From contig CM082576.2 in the NCBI GenBank assembly GCA_040954595.2, positions 16,849,028 through 16,913,027 of the forward strand: a stretch of DNA of 64,000 nt, given 5' to 3'. The position numbers and the translations under genes were made by a program. Positions 12,065-25,250 of this stretch are shown here, piece by piece; position 1 is the first letter of the stretch, and each line of letters opens with the position of its first letter. A model generated the notes under the pieces. The model was given only the letters and a program-made list of their open reading frames with translations. It was not told the origin of the DNA and ran no database searches. Source of the stretch: Balanoglossus misakiensis (taxonomy: Eukaryota; Animalia; Hemichordata).

Positions 12065-12878
12065 TCACATTATACTTTCCACAGGAATAAACTTACGCTT
12101 AGCAGCAGAAGTAGCTGCCGCTCTAGTGCTATGAGGTTTAAATATATTTACATCAATACCGGATCGGATCATAACTATTTTGATCCAACGACTAATCGTA
12201 TCACGAGATACCCTCTTATGAGGTTTTACATAACTAATCAATAATTTAGATACTCTTTGGTTCTTTCTAAATATGTCGACATAGTATGAACTACACACAG
12301 TCTCTTATCTGGCGGGTAAGCTTTCAGCTTAATAACTGATACAGTATAACCAGGTCTACTTTGTTTTACATGACTATCACTTACAAATGTATATGATGAT
12401 TTACAATTTATATCCAACATGTGAATTGACTGAACTCGTTGAGCACTAACCAGTGCTATGAGCATAACAAGTTTAAGTGTCAACTCTTTCAATGTCAATG
12501 TTCTTATTGGAGAAAGTTTTTGAAGGTAAGTCAATACAAATTTCACATCCCATACTTCAGTATATCAGGGGAGAGCTGGTCTCATCTGGAAAACTCCCTT
12601 CCTGAACCGACTAACAAGAGGATGAGCTCCAAATATACAATTTCCAATTGGAGAAATAATAGTAGATAAAGCACAGCGTGCTGTGTTCAAAGCACTATAT
12701 CCACATCCCTGATCATATTGAGTAGTAAGAAATTCAATAGCTAGTTCTATAGGTGGTTGAAATGGACTAATCTTCCTTTGGTCACAGAAACGAATCCATC
12801 TGTCAATGTAGCATTTATATTGTTTCTGGGTGCCTGTCCGCCATGATGCAAGGATGATACTGGATAGTCCAGGAGCTA
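12065..12878 (-). pseudogene. DIRS tyrosine recombinase (integrase), degenerate
   Basis: IILASWRTGTQKQY...GYSALNTARCALS...HPLVSRFRKGVFQMRP..WDV..LTLKLVMLIALVSAQR...TISRWIK...FKPHSTRAAATS; has a stop, a frameshift and a missing C-terminus. Confidence 0.85.
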
Positions 12879-12889
12879 GGTGCCGTTAA

Positions 12890-14700
12890 TCAGAATTTTC
12901 GGTGAGGAAGGTTTGAGAAGTCTATTCTATGTAAAAAAAATGGTGCTGATTCCAAAAAAGTCAGTCTTATTGACCCCACTCAAAACAAAATTGCCATTAT
13001 GGCCGTTTTTAACCCAAAAATGGTCTTTTTTAGAAAACACTAAAAACACACTGTTTTCCTCACATTCTGAGATCTGATGACATATGATATGCTTATTCTA
13101 TGTAAAATTTGGTGAATATTACGAAAAAAGTAGTCCGATTGACCCAGAACAACACAAAATTGCCTTTTTGACCATTTTTTGCCCAAAAAACGTTATTTTT
13201 AGAAAAAAATTAAAACACACGGTTTTCTTCATAATGATTGATCTGGTGATATATGGAAAGTCAATTCTATGTTAAAAGTGGTGACTTTAAAAAATAAAGC
13301 AGTCTTTTTTACCTCAATCAATACAAAAATGCCATTTTGGCCACATTTTGAGGTCAAAAAAGGTCATTTTTACAAAACAATTGAAAACAAATTGTGTTCT
13401 TCATATTCAGAGATCATTGGATATATGAAATGTCCATTCTATGTAAAAATGGTGCTGATTCCAGAAATAGCAGCCTTCTTGACCCTACTCAAGAAAAAAT
13501 GCCATTTTTGCCACTTTTTGCCCAAAAACGTCATTTTTAGAAAACACTCAAAATTTATATATTTTCTTCACTTTCGGAGATCTGATAATGTATTATATGC
13601 CCACCCTATGTTAAATTTGGTGATTATTCCAAAAAAGCAGATTTATTGACCCAACCTAATGCAAAAATGCCCTTTTGGAAAGTTTTTGCCCAAAAAGGCC
13701 ATTTTTAGAAAAAAAATTAAAAACAAACTTTTCTTCATAAAGCTCAGAGATCATGTGATATATGAAATGTTCATCCTATGTAAAAAACGGTGCTGATTCC
13801 AGAAATAGCAGTCTTATTGATCCTACTCAAGGAAAAATGCTATTTTTGCCCCAAAAACGTCATTTTCAGAAAACACTCAAAATTTATATATTTTCTTCAC
13901 TTTCGGAGATCTGATAATATATTATATGCCCTCTATAAGTGAAAAATTTCCAAGAAAGCAGTTTTATTGATGCCACTCAAGATAAAAGTGCCTTTTTGGC
14001 AAGTTTTTGCCTAAAAAGTGTCATTTCTAGAAAACACCCAAAACTTTTATATTTTCTTCACTTTCGGAGATGATGATGTATTATATACCCACTCTATGTG
14101 AGAAAAATTCCCCCAAAAAGTTTTACTGGCGCCACTCAAGAAAACAGTGCTTTTTTGACAAGTTTTTGCCCAAAAAGCCACCTTTCGAAAATCATTAAAA
14201 CCAAACTGTTTTCTTATTATTTGGAGATTCTATGATGTGTGAAAAGTACATTTGTTGTAAAATAGGTGTTGTTTCCAGAAATGCAATCTTATTGACCTCA
14301 ACCATGATGAAATCGCCTTTTTGGCTAAGTTTTGCACAAAATTGTTATTTTTAAGAATATATTAATAGCATTCTCTTTTCTTCACTTTCGGTGATCTTAT
14401 TATAAATAAAAGCCCATTCTATATTGAAACGTGGTTACTGTCCCCAAAACGGAAGTCTTACTTACCCTATTCAATTAAAATTTGTAATTTCGGCCACTTT
14501 TTTGGTCAAAAATGTTCATTAAATACAAACAAACTAAAGACAAATTGTTTTCTTCATATTCAGAGATCTGATCATGTATGAAAAGTCCATTCTGTGTAAA
14601 ATTTGGTGACTATTCCAAAAACGACAGTCTGGTTGGCCCCACTCTAGTCAAAATTGCCTTTTTGGCTATTTGTAGCCAAAAATAGATCTACTCAAGAAAA
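12890..14700. repeat. Degenerate satellite, ~157-171-bp unit, ~11 copies (duplicate at about 33570-35380)
   Basis: Recurring ttttagaaaa..ttttcttca..gagatctg..ctatgtaaaa..ggtg motifs anchored at 13032, 13201, 13372, 13539, 13707, 13868, 14029, 14186, 14354. Confidence 0.8.
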
Positions 14701-15829
14701 ATTTATCCTTTTAGCCATTTTGTAATGAAAAAATGTTTGTATTTGGAGTTTTTGCAAAATTAGCCAAAGTTGAACTCATAATGATGATGAAACAGCGTCG
14801 AGAGGAAAAGAAGTTACGAATTGAACAAAACTCGCGTCGATGAATGTAAACACGCCGCCCGGGACCAAGCTCTAAACATGATACAGATGACAAAAGACAG
14901 GCATTGCACATTACCCAAATATTCCCATACAGCAGTTCCAAATTAAAACGTCAAGGAATTTAAGTGTTTTTATTATGTTTATTTGGTTTAAGCCCACATT
15001 TTCCCTGCTGCGTGCTAGTTCAGGGGTCAGTTTTAGCAGTGCTCTATTGAGTATTCTAGCATCGTTGGGTTGCACTCCTGTCCAATCAGTATGACGGAGG
15101 TATCATGCTATAAATTATAATATAATTTCTGATTTTGTATTCAGATTGAAGAGAATAAATTTCAACAATCTCTCCCGAGCTGGCATATCTGAACCTAAAC
15201 ATTTCACACCACGCATAATTGACTTATAGTATACAGTGCGTGTACATGGATCATCTTATTGTTGAGTTCAGTTTTGGGCTAAATGTGCCAAATTATGGCA
15301 ACACTGTCTTTCAATATCATCAATTTAATTGATATTATATGGTTATGGCGTTTTAAATATGCATATACATCATCAGAACACAAAAGGCAAAAACATCAAT
15401 TATATTTGTTTTCTGAAAATGCCTATTGTTGACCAAAAGATGGCTTAATGGCAATTTTGTACCGAGCGGGGTGTCTCTATAAGACCGTTGTGCTGGTATC
15501 AGCATATTTTTTGCACACACAAAAAAACAAAACAAAAACGAATTTACATACATCACAGGGGCTCTGAATATGAAGGAATAAGTTTGTATTTATTTTTTCT
15601 AACAGTTACCTTTTTGAGCAAAGAGGCCAAAATGGTATTTTTTCCCTCTGTGGGGTCAGTAAGAGTGGGTTTTTTTTAATGTCACTACTTTTATTTACCA
15701 TTAGATCACCAATGGGAAGAAAATGGCATATTTTCGTATTTTTGTACGAGGATTCCAGGCTGTCGCTTGTTAACGGCCAGCGGACCGTGCACACTGTACT
15801 ACGGCAAGACTGAAAGAACACTTTGGAAA

Positions 15830-16372
15830 TGGGTATTAGCCACGGAAAATCTTTTTTCCAGGCCTCTTGAAACTTCCTTTCCCGTTTCTGTGCATCGTAG
15901 ATTTTCTTTGCAGCACAGCGATCTTCTGTTGATTGCTTCTTTTTCGCTGCTGGTGCCTCGATACTAGTATTCAAATATCTGTACATCTTCGACCAGACTC
16001 GCACACGAAGCCCATCAAAACAATGGCGCCATTTTGAATAAACGAAATCTCGAATCTACCACCAATGCATAACATATGGGGATGTAGACTAGCGCCACCA
16101 CTCTCGCAAGTCGCGAGAGATGCGTAGCTGTAAAGGCATTCGCCAAGTTGATTTTACCGATCGACCTTTTCAGTTTTTATCTGCAAATTTTATCTAAATT
16201 TTGGGCTTTGATTATTTGACATTTCAGCAGAATAGAGTAAGAAACTTAAAAAATTGCCGACCCCCTCTCTATTAACAGCAGGACATTCGGGTCTGCTTCT
16301 TTTTCAAATTACTGGTTCGGCATGAAAACAGCTGGTCTGGGGCCACCGGGTTAGCGTGAATTTCGCACGCTG
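15830..16372 (-). mobile_element. 5' remnant of a hAT (ZNF862-like) transposon (duplicate ends at 37048)
   Basis: Minus-strand end CAGCGTGCGAAATTCACGCT; downstream ORF segment KRERKFQEAWKKDFPWL resembles the start of a TTF-type zinc finger; no second TIR found. Confidence 0.5.
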
Positions 16373-17348
16373 GGTGTGTCCCAATTTAAGCCAAAACAGC
16401 AAAAAAATCTTTAGCAGAAAATTCTACGAAAATGGAGTAGATAGGTGAATAAATATCTTCGGAGAGGCCAAAACGGGAGTGACCCCCCCGAAAAAAAATG
16501 ATGGAGGGGCCCTAAAAATTGCACCCCATCATTTTTGGGTAGTTGGGTCCCCATTGAAGCCAAAACAGCAAAAAATCAATTTTAGCACAAAAATCCTACG
16601 GGATAACACATCATACCACAAAACGGAAGTACCCCCCCCCCCCCAGAAAAATATGATGGAGGGGCCCTTAAAATTGCACCCCATCATTTTAGCACAAAAA
16701 TCCTACGGGAGCTGTTTTACTCGACATACCATACCGCACTAATACCAGAGAACCACATTTACCTCCCCTCCCCTCCCCCCCCCCCCAATAAAAACATGCT
16801 CACCCCTCCTGGAACTTGGTCCAAAAAATCCGATAAACCTGATTTTGTCTCTCTCTGGCCTTATATAGATTTTTTTGTGTTTGGTGATTTTGGAAAATGG
16901 CTAATTTTGGTGAATTTTTGTCATTTTCCCGATCTTTACTAAAATAGCTTTCCAAATTCCTAAAAAAATCATTTGAGGGTGTGTAGAGGTGGTTTCTTTC
17001 TTCTTATTTTTTCAAATCAAGGTGAAGAATTCAATAGTGTATTTTTCGGGTGGTTGTTGCCATTTTTGGTCAAAATCTTTCTCAGAACCCTCTACACCCA
17101 TTGCTGTGAAATTTGATTTTAGGGTTCCTGGGTGTGAGCTCATGATGATTTATAAAACCTATGACGAAAGTGTCAATGTTTTGTGAGGGCAATATCTTGC
17201 ATTTATGGGGCATATTTTCCATTTTTGATAAAAAATTATATTTCTCAAAAAGTGTATGGCTGATTACAAACGTACTTTAAAATTTGAGTTGTAAGTCATT
17301 GGGATGAGTTTCTTTAGAAGGTGATTGGGAATTTTTAGGTACCATTGG

Positions 17349-17660
17349 TTTTTACCATGGTACCTTATGGGATCGGTTGCGTCTGTATGTATGTACATGT
17401 ATGTATGTATGTATGTATGGATGTATGTCTGTTTGTCCGTCCACATGCATCAAAAACTTGAAAACCGCTGCGCGTATAACCTCGATATTTGGTGTGCAGA
17501 TGCAGCCTGGGCTGTAGATGGGAGTTTGTTCAAATGAAGTTGTCATTGCCAAAAATATGCAAATTAGCTGGAAAAATGTGAATTTGGTCAAAACTCAGTA
17601 ACTCAAGAACTACTGCTCAGATTGCTTTGCAAAGTGGTGTGTATTTACTTTATTGAGTTG
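17349..17660 (+). mobile_element. Possible Helentron-associated non-autonomous (DINE-1/pearl-like) fragment with TGTA/GTCT microsatellite
   Basis: TTTTTACC start, (TGTA)n then GTCTGTTTGTCCGTCC, then aaaaccgctg..atttggtgtgcagatg..gtttgttcaaat core typical of this class. Confidence 0.45.
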
Positions 17661-17752
17661 TTTTAATTAGGCAGGAACTCCCTCCTTTGTTTCATATAAA
17701 CATGTAGCAAATTCCTGAATGATTACATAACTGGCTAAGTTTTATAGAGGCC

Positions 17753-18337
17753 AGCTGTTCTATTTAGTGTATGTACAGTACATATGCCATTGGCAGCTTA
17801 TGGACAGTGTTTGCCCATTGATCTCTCTCTATGTGTGTGTGTGCGTCTGTCTGTATATGGCCATGTACTCTGGTGTAGACTTTTTCGTGTGTAATCACTC
17901 AATGGGACCGCCGTGTCCTTGACGCGATTTTTATATTTTGTAGGATGGTTATTCTTATACCACAAAAAATTTATCTCAAGAAGAGAAGTTACCAGTACAC
18001 ATAGTTCTATGTAATGAACCTCTACTGAGATTTGTACACACGGTAAATTCATGCATGTTTACAAAACTGACTGTTAAAAAGACAAGCTGTTCTATTTGTT
18101 GTATGTACAGCACACATGCCATTGGCAGCTTATGGGTCAGTCAGTGTTTGCCCGTTGATCTCACTATGTGTTTGTCTGTCTGCCTGAACATGTACCGTTA
18201 CTCTGGTGTTCACTTTTTCGTGTGTAATCACTCAATGGGACCGCCGTGTCCTTGACGCGATTTTTATATTTTGTAGGATGGTTATTCTTATACCACAAAA
18301 AATTTATCTCAAGAAGAGAAGTTACCAGTACACATAG
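17753..18337. repeat. ~250-bp direct repeat pair (17753-18005 and 18085-18337)
   Basis: agctgttctattt...gttaccagtacacatag occurs twice, 332 bp apart. Confidence 0.85.
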
Positions 18338-18837
18338 TAGACAGGTTCGGCTACACGTTTTACGTGAACGTGGACGCGGAGAACCCACGTTCGCGTTAGA
18401 CGTTCACGTGGAAAAGAGTTTGGCTTCACGTCAACGTCTGTTTGTGTGGCACGCGCACTCTGTGTTCGAATTTTAAGCATGTACATCGTTACACCGCGTC
18501 GCTGCACTGCAACTACGGATTCAACCGTCGGGCGACCATACAAATTGATGACAAAATTTCACATAAAATGACTAAAAAGAAATAGATGCGTTTTCGTTTG
18601 TCACAATGAGATATCAAGCTATATACCCATATTTCGTAGATAATATGATTTTTTGTTGCCCAAAATGAGAATAACTTTTCACGTTTGCAACTAACGTGAA
18701 AACACCTAGACCCACGTAAAAAACGCGAAGTATTTTACGTGAACGTCAAACTTTACACAAAACTTGGTGACGTCATAACAGAAATTCGTGACATTGCGCG
18801 TTCACTTTCGCGTATAACGTGTAGCTGAACCTCTCTA
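18338..18837. mobile_element. 500-bp MITE with ~40-bp imperfect TIRs (duplicate at 39009-39508)
   Basis: TAGACAGGTTCGGCTACACGTTTTACGTGAACGTGGACGCG versus reverse complement of right end TAGAGAGGTTCAGCTACACGTTATACGCGAAAGTGAACGCG. Confidence 0.7.
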
Positions 18838-19029
18838 ATGTAATCGTTCATGTTAACTTATTTGGTACAATTCGAGACATATGCACTCAAAAATGACGTG
18901 GCATTAAACACTAGAGGACGTGTACTGATCTGAGTGAATCAGATCCCGTGAGGAGTACGGTGCCTAGAGTACACGTGTCCTAGTAAAGAAATGCCAAATG
19001 TTGCTACATCTTCACGCTTCGCCCGCCAA

Positions 19030-20720
19030 GGTCGCCATGCCCATCCCCTTGCTGTGTTAATTGATAATAAAGTGTCATACCCTCCCCTTGTTCTGTACTA
19101 TTGCTGTTAATAAAATGTTATGACAATCCCTCATTGTACTACATGTAATAGTTAACTGTAAGTACAATATCATGCAAATCCCTTGCTTTTTAGTAAAATG
19201 CCATGCCTTCCCCTAGTTCTGTACTATAACCATGATAACGGTTCAAATCAGTCAGGTCGCAACTGGGGTAATTACACAGCAGGGGATTATGCAATGCAAA
19301 CACTTGAACTGGCCAGTAACGTTTGAATTCCTCATTTGCATACAGTTTTTCAACTTTTTTCAGAACGAAAGTTTAGCAACTTGCAACCCATTTCTGACAA
19401 TTATTTCACCCGGGCACATTTCTGGTACTATGAGTGTACTACATGTGATTTTTCATGTAGTTTTATCAAGAAGAATTTCTTTACTTCCACTGACAAAATT
19501 GTGATCACGAAATTCAAAGTGACCTTGAAGTTAAAAAATCAAAAAAAAATATCAGCCATACCCACACAAAAATTAACCCCTTCAGGTTTTAGAAACATTA
19601 TTAAACTTCTCTATTCATAATTTAGACATGAATATATCCATGCCGAGAGTCAAGGACCACAATTTACAGTGCCATAGTACAGTACTGTAGTCAGTCAGCG
19701 TGGATAGTGAATAGACACCCTATGTAATATGCTAATGAGAGTTAACTTGCGTTGAAAAGGAAGCCATGTTACGTCATGGGTCAACATGCGTTGACCTACT
19801 TCAATGCATACACATATGGTAAACACGACTGTACTCGTCGATGGCGAAGGCAATTTTTACACCGTCATTACTCCACAACGGAGCAGCTCACAACATTATA
19901 ATTTCACAGTAACTTAGTTCAATATCTTCCTAACCTACCCAATTTTTTTCAAGACAAGAAATCTTTGCCGAGAGTCAGGACCACAATTTCAACCAACATA
20001 CTGAAACTGTCTTTCTCGGGAACGCGTCGTTAAAACTTCACGAAAAATCATCCTATCATTGACTGTGGTGTTTCATACACGTCTTAGAAAAATGGATGCA
20101 CTACGATCACTTGTAGTACCGAAAATCTCCGTTTGAAAATTTTTCGAACCGGCCGTAACTGCCACTCAGTGACGTTCACATTCAAATAGATCTCTTTGAT
20201 CTCGCCGCCTTAATTACCCTCCCTGCGACCAGACTGAAATGTCATGTCCAACACTCACTTTGTACTATAAGTTACCAATAATAAAAATGTCATGCCCTCC
20301 CTGCTTCTCTATAGTTGTTAATAAAATGTCATCCCACCCCAAGGGTTGTACTGGTACTTGAACTTTTAGTAAAATATCATGCCCATTTCCTAGTTATGAA
20401 CTGAAACGTTTAGGCTAATCAACTGTAATGCTCATGTACTTGGTTTAGAAAAATGTCTGCCAATGTCTTGCCTAGTTCTACAACTCATAATAAAATGCCA
20501 TGCCCTCCCCTAGTTCCGTACTGTAGGGGTCAATAAAACGCATTATCTGGCCACCCCTAGCTCTTAAGTTGATCGTATGCCATGCCGAAACCTAGTTCTG
20601 TATTGTGACTTAGAGCTTAGATGGTCCTATAAAGCTTATAAAACTTGTGCACACTCCAAATAGGCCGAAAATGTCATGTGTACCGACTGATAATAAACTG
20701 TCATTTCATCCCAGCTATGC
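19030..20720 (+). repeat. Degenerate ~43-bp minisatellite interrupted by the 988-bp element; other copies at 39700-41390, 42260-42930 (minus), 54460-55000 (minus)
   Basis: Recurring AATAAAATGTCATGCCCTCCCCTAGTTCTGTACT-like unit. Confidence 0.7.
19249..20236. mobile_element. 988-bp non-autonomous TIR element with AAAT TSD, possibly Academ-like (duplicate at 39920-40907)
   Basis: TIR CAGTC(A/T)GGTCGCA....GGGTAATTA at both ends, AAAT duplicated; the empty site is present in the window on the minus strand at about 42714 and 54590. Confidence 0.7.
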
Positions 20721-23607
20721 ACTCAAAAAATGACGTGACATTAACACTAGAGGACGTGTACTGATCTGAGTGAATCAGATCCCGTGAGGAGTACGGTGCC
20801 CAGAGTACACGTGTACTAGTAGAGAAATGCCAAGTGTTGATACATCTTCGCGTTTCGCCCGCCATTGCTCTCCGGAAAATAGGAGTGTGGTCGAGCGAAC
20901 ACGTGCGAGCGGAAAGTCGTGTTGCGACCGTCGGTGAGGTGAATTAAGACACAGCGCTAATAATAGTGTCTGTAACGACTATCACACCAAAACTCCTTTA
21001 CAGTAAATATAAAAACAGACTACGTCGGAGAAGTCTTTCGACGTGTCTTCGTTCTCGAGGAGCTATTTGTATCTGTATTTGCATACCAGAAAGCCACGCC
21101 TTCCAGCGGTACTAATGGTCTACAGGTGGTTTCTCTCGGCTGTCCGGAATGCAATTGCACTGTCGGTCGCATCTCTATGGATACAGCCATGTAAAGGGTT
21201 GTTGCAGATGGCTAATATCAATTCTATATTGTTCAAGAATTGTATAGTTTTAACTCTAAATGTAGGGCGCTGTTTTTCATCATTTTCATAGTCCAGCCTT
21301 TTTTGTTGGATTCTGGCGAGATCCTCAATATTCATCAATGAACGCTCAAAGTCACATTAGGTCAGTCGCAAAATGACCAGGATCATACCAATATGGGCGA
21401 AGACAACTTGTAACGCTGTGATTTCAAAGTTTATTTTAATGAAAAAAAAAACATTTCTGCGCCATTCCATCATACTACAATCAGAGAAGTTTAAAAGAAA
21501 ATGTCTACCTCTTGAACCATCTCCCTGATCCCGCCCCACAATATACACATGTTATACAAATGTTATACCCATATATATCAGTATAATGCTGTAGCGTAAT
21601 ATTGTATTCTGTTGTTGTAGTAAATGGGAAGCCCGTTGGAATAACTGTCGAAAACCACAGACAGAAGAGTGTAAAACGTGACGTTTACACACATTGTTCT
21701 TGGACTTAACGGAATAAACTCGTGTAAGGAATTCACATTTCTTTGATTTTAAAGTTGAACGTGTCTTAGGGACCGTTCAGTTTTTACGGTTAGGTGGGTG
21801 CTGACAAAATCCGAGGGGGGGGGGGGGTCACTTAAATTTTGAAATCCAAAAAGGGGGAGAGGTCATATTTTTTTAAACGTTTAGGGGGGGGTCACATTCT
21901 TTTGCCACCGAACTTTTGCTGTTGAGTCCACAAAATTGCAGTTTCGCGCCCTTCATTTAACAAAATTTTCACCCACCCCCTTCATTCTCCGCCACATTTC
22001 AGCCGTAACGGTACCTGAACGGTAACTGAACGATACCTTATCTGTGCCTGAAATGGAGATGTCATAGCATTACTGTGGTTTAACCGCACATTTTTGATGC
22101 CACATGCTAGTTCAGGGGCTCGTTTTAGCAGTGATATATTGAGTATTTTAGCATCGCTGGATTGAGCTCTTGTCCAATCAGAATGGCGGAGGGTAGCATG
22201 AAATACATGTAATATAATTGTCACTTTGCCATGCGCGATGCCCGTCTTGTCACTTTTTGTCGTCTGCTTCATGTAATACAGTACTCGATCCCGGCCGCTC
22301 GTGTTATATGTCTCGAATTGTACGAAATGCGACGGGGGTTATTGCTTATACAATCTGTCGATCTACAGAGTCTAGCGGAAAACGTTCTTATGCGCATGTG
22401 CATGTTCTACGGATCACAACGGAATATGCAAATGATGAGACGGTGTTTGGAAGCAACCATGGATAATTTGGAACAATCCGTCGATCAACAGAGTCTAGCG
22501 GAAAACGTTCTTATGCGCACAAACCTGATGTGTTCTACGGATCACAACGGAATATGCAAATGATGAGACAGTGTTTGGAAGCAACCATAGATAATTTAGA
22601 ACTAACCGTCGATCTACAGAGTCTAGCGGAAAACTTCTTTATTCGCTCAGGCCTGCGTGTTCTATGCATCGCAACGGAATATGCAAATGACGAGACGTTG
22701 TTTGGAAGCAACCATGGATACTTTGGAACAATCCGTCGATCAACGCAGAGTCTAGCGGAAAACTTTTTTATTCGCTCAGGACTATGTGTTCTACGCATCG
22801 GAACGAAATATGAAAATAACTTTCTTAATTTGTTTAATTAAGGCCGAGTTACAAATGTTGAGCGAACTGGAGCTTACACGCAACTGTCAGCAGTGTAGAT
22901 TATTCAACAATGAATGATAGGCCTAAGTTTACGTGCACCCAGGCTGTTTCGACTCTATCATCATCTGAGACACTGTGAATGGATCATTTCACGGTTATCG
23001 GCGCCATCTTGAACGGGGGGCAAATGGCGGCTGTTTCGACGCATGTGGCGTCCATTGTTGTCATTAGAGCAAACACGGAAGTGTCGTCTCTTAGCAGCTC
23101 CTGCCACTTTTCGAAATTTTCCTGAAATTGGTCAACTTTTTTCAATCACAACAGGTAAATTAACTCGGAAAGTTGTATCAAATACCAAAACTTTCCAAAT
23201 TTATTACTGTCATCCTGTTTTACGCGATTTATCCAACTTGTAATCGTGCTGCAGATAACACGTAATAGCACCACTGCATAGTTAACCACTATAAATAAAC
23301 ACAATCCGTCGACGATCATTTTACGGGACACATTTAGATCAATCCCCGTAATTTACAAAATGTGATTGCCAAATTCTTAAATTTATTTTGTTACTAATAA
23401 AAATGAACTTAACTTTATAGTTGCTTTTGATTTACTCATACCAAAACTTATGCCTATCATGCAGACGTCTGTAATGGACAGATCGCTCAAAATTCAATCC
23501 CCAGACTATGGGACAATTAAAGTATACATTTTTTTTTAATTTTGTGCTTTAGACAGGTCTGTGACTAGCTCATTAGGAAAGCCAGTGCTGATAGGTAGTC
23601 TGTCAAC

Positions 23608-24970
23608 ATGCCAGGTGGAGACCGCTGTTGCATTGAGGGTTGTTTCAATGACAGGAGATATCCTGAGAGGCAGATCTTAAGGAATCACGTTGTAGTCTTG
23701 CGATTTCACAAGTTACCAACTACTAATGAGGAACTGAGAAAGCAGTGGATCTCCAGAATTTCTAGAGGAAGGGTTGATTTTGTACCTGGACCAGGCGTTC
23801 GAGTTTGCTCCAATCATTTTGTTGATGGAGAGCCCACCAAAGCGAACCCTTTCCCCTCTCTATTTCTGTCAACATCACTGGCGAGATACCAGACTTCACC
23901 GAGAAAGAGGAGGGTAGTAGAGAAAAGATGTGACACTAATACTAATAACAATAATTACACCAATGTATATGTAGAGCAGCCAGTTTGTGATCAACAGGAC
24001 CAGAGAACTATAAAAATATGTACGGCTTCAGAACAATTAACTAGAGATTCGGATGTTCATTTTTACACTGGTCTAAAGAATTGTGCAGCGTTTGAGGGGG
24101 TTTTCAATTATTTAGCACCCAAAGCAGCAAACATGCAATATTGGAAGGGGGAAAAACAGACCGTCAAAGAAATACCCAAAAGATACACAGTTTCAAATCC
24201 ATCTACTTTTAATAGGCCTGGTCCTTCGAGAAAACTTACTTTGCCACAGGAATTGCTTCTTGTTATGATGCGTCTTCGTTTAGCTTTATTAATTCCCGAT
24301 CTTTCTTTTCGTTTCAAGATTGCTGAAGGCTTAGTTAATTTTTATTACATGGATCAAATTAATGAGTAGGGAACTTGGTTGGCTGATTATATGGCCAACC
24401 AAGCAAGCAATCAAAGATCATTTACCAGAATGTTTTCGACGATTTTATCCGAAAGTAAGAAGTATTATAGACTGCACTGAAATATTTATCGAAAAGCCAT
24501 CATGTTTACAGCTTCAAGCGAAATTTTGGTCAGAATACAAACATCACTGTACTGTTAAATTCTTAGTTAGTATAACTCCAAATGGTTTAATTTCATTTAT
24601 TTCTGTGGCATATGGGGGTAGGGCATCTGATAAATTTATTGTAAGAAATAGTAAATTTTACACGCTTCTGGAACCATATGATCAATTATTAGCTGATAGG
24701 GGGTTTAAGATCAAAGATGACTTGATGGTTCAACAGGTCCAATTAGCAATTCCATCAAGTGCTACTAAAGGCCTACCTATGACAAGTGTAGCGGTGGCAG
24801 AAACATCAAAGATAGCCAATGTAAGGATTTATGTTGAACAGGCCATTGGCCGAACAAAACACTTCCGTATTTTAACAAATCAACTTCCTGTAACCTTAAT
24901 TCCAATCATCAATGATATAATCAAAACCTGTTGTGCTCTCTGTAATCCGTCTGAACCTCTGTGTGAATAA
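23608..24970 (+). pseudogene. THAP-DDE transposase, copy 2, frameshifted
   Basis: ORFs 23608-24369 and 24362-24970 are essentially identical to copy 1. Confidence 0.9.
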
Positions 24971-25250
24971 TAAAAATAAACCAATATATACTTGTGAAAC
25001 CTTCTTCTATAGTTTAATTCAATACATTTTATTTCTATCGATTAATCACATCTTATATGGTAATTCATTATGAGAAGTCACTACTTCTATAACAATCCTC
25101 TGGTAAGAAAAAAAAATCCTCCAGATTTAGAAACATATGAAACCAGACAAAAATTCACATAGTAAAATACAAGCTTACACACCATTTGAATTGAACATAC
25201 ACAGGTTATATTGAATTTGTATGTATACACACAAGAAAACTATACAATTT

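Larger units (their letters stand above)
10654..12878 (-). mobile_element. DIRS-type tyrosine-recombinase retrotransposon, 3' remnant (duplicate at about 31324-33554)
   Basis: Decayed YR gene at 12065-12878 and an ~87-bp inverted-repeat pair (10654-10740 / 10896-10982) containing CTTACC/GGTAAG, resembling DIRS ICR/terminal-repeat ends; interrupted by a MITE. Confidence 0.8.
435..21106. repeat. 20.7-kb tandem segmental duplication, unit 1
   Basis: Sequence from cggtaatggtctacagg (435) to gccacgccttccag (21106) recurs at an offset of about +20,670 to +20,680; the ORF track repeats almost exactly at that offset. Confidence 0.95.

Noticed and set aside
12880-13649. Lys/Phe-rich ORFs
   Set aside because: They are by-products of the A/T-run-rich satellite.
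18910-18984. Hammerhead ribozyme
   Set aside because: The three-stem topology is similar, but the CUGANGA and GAAA core motifs are absent on both strands (CUGGGCA and GAUC instead).
19030-20720. Repeat-spacer array in the ~43-bp minisatellite
   Set aside because: Variation is spread across the whole unit and unit lengths are irregular; there is no conserved repeat with distinct spacers.
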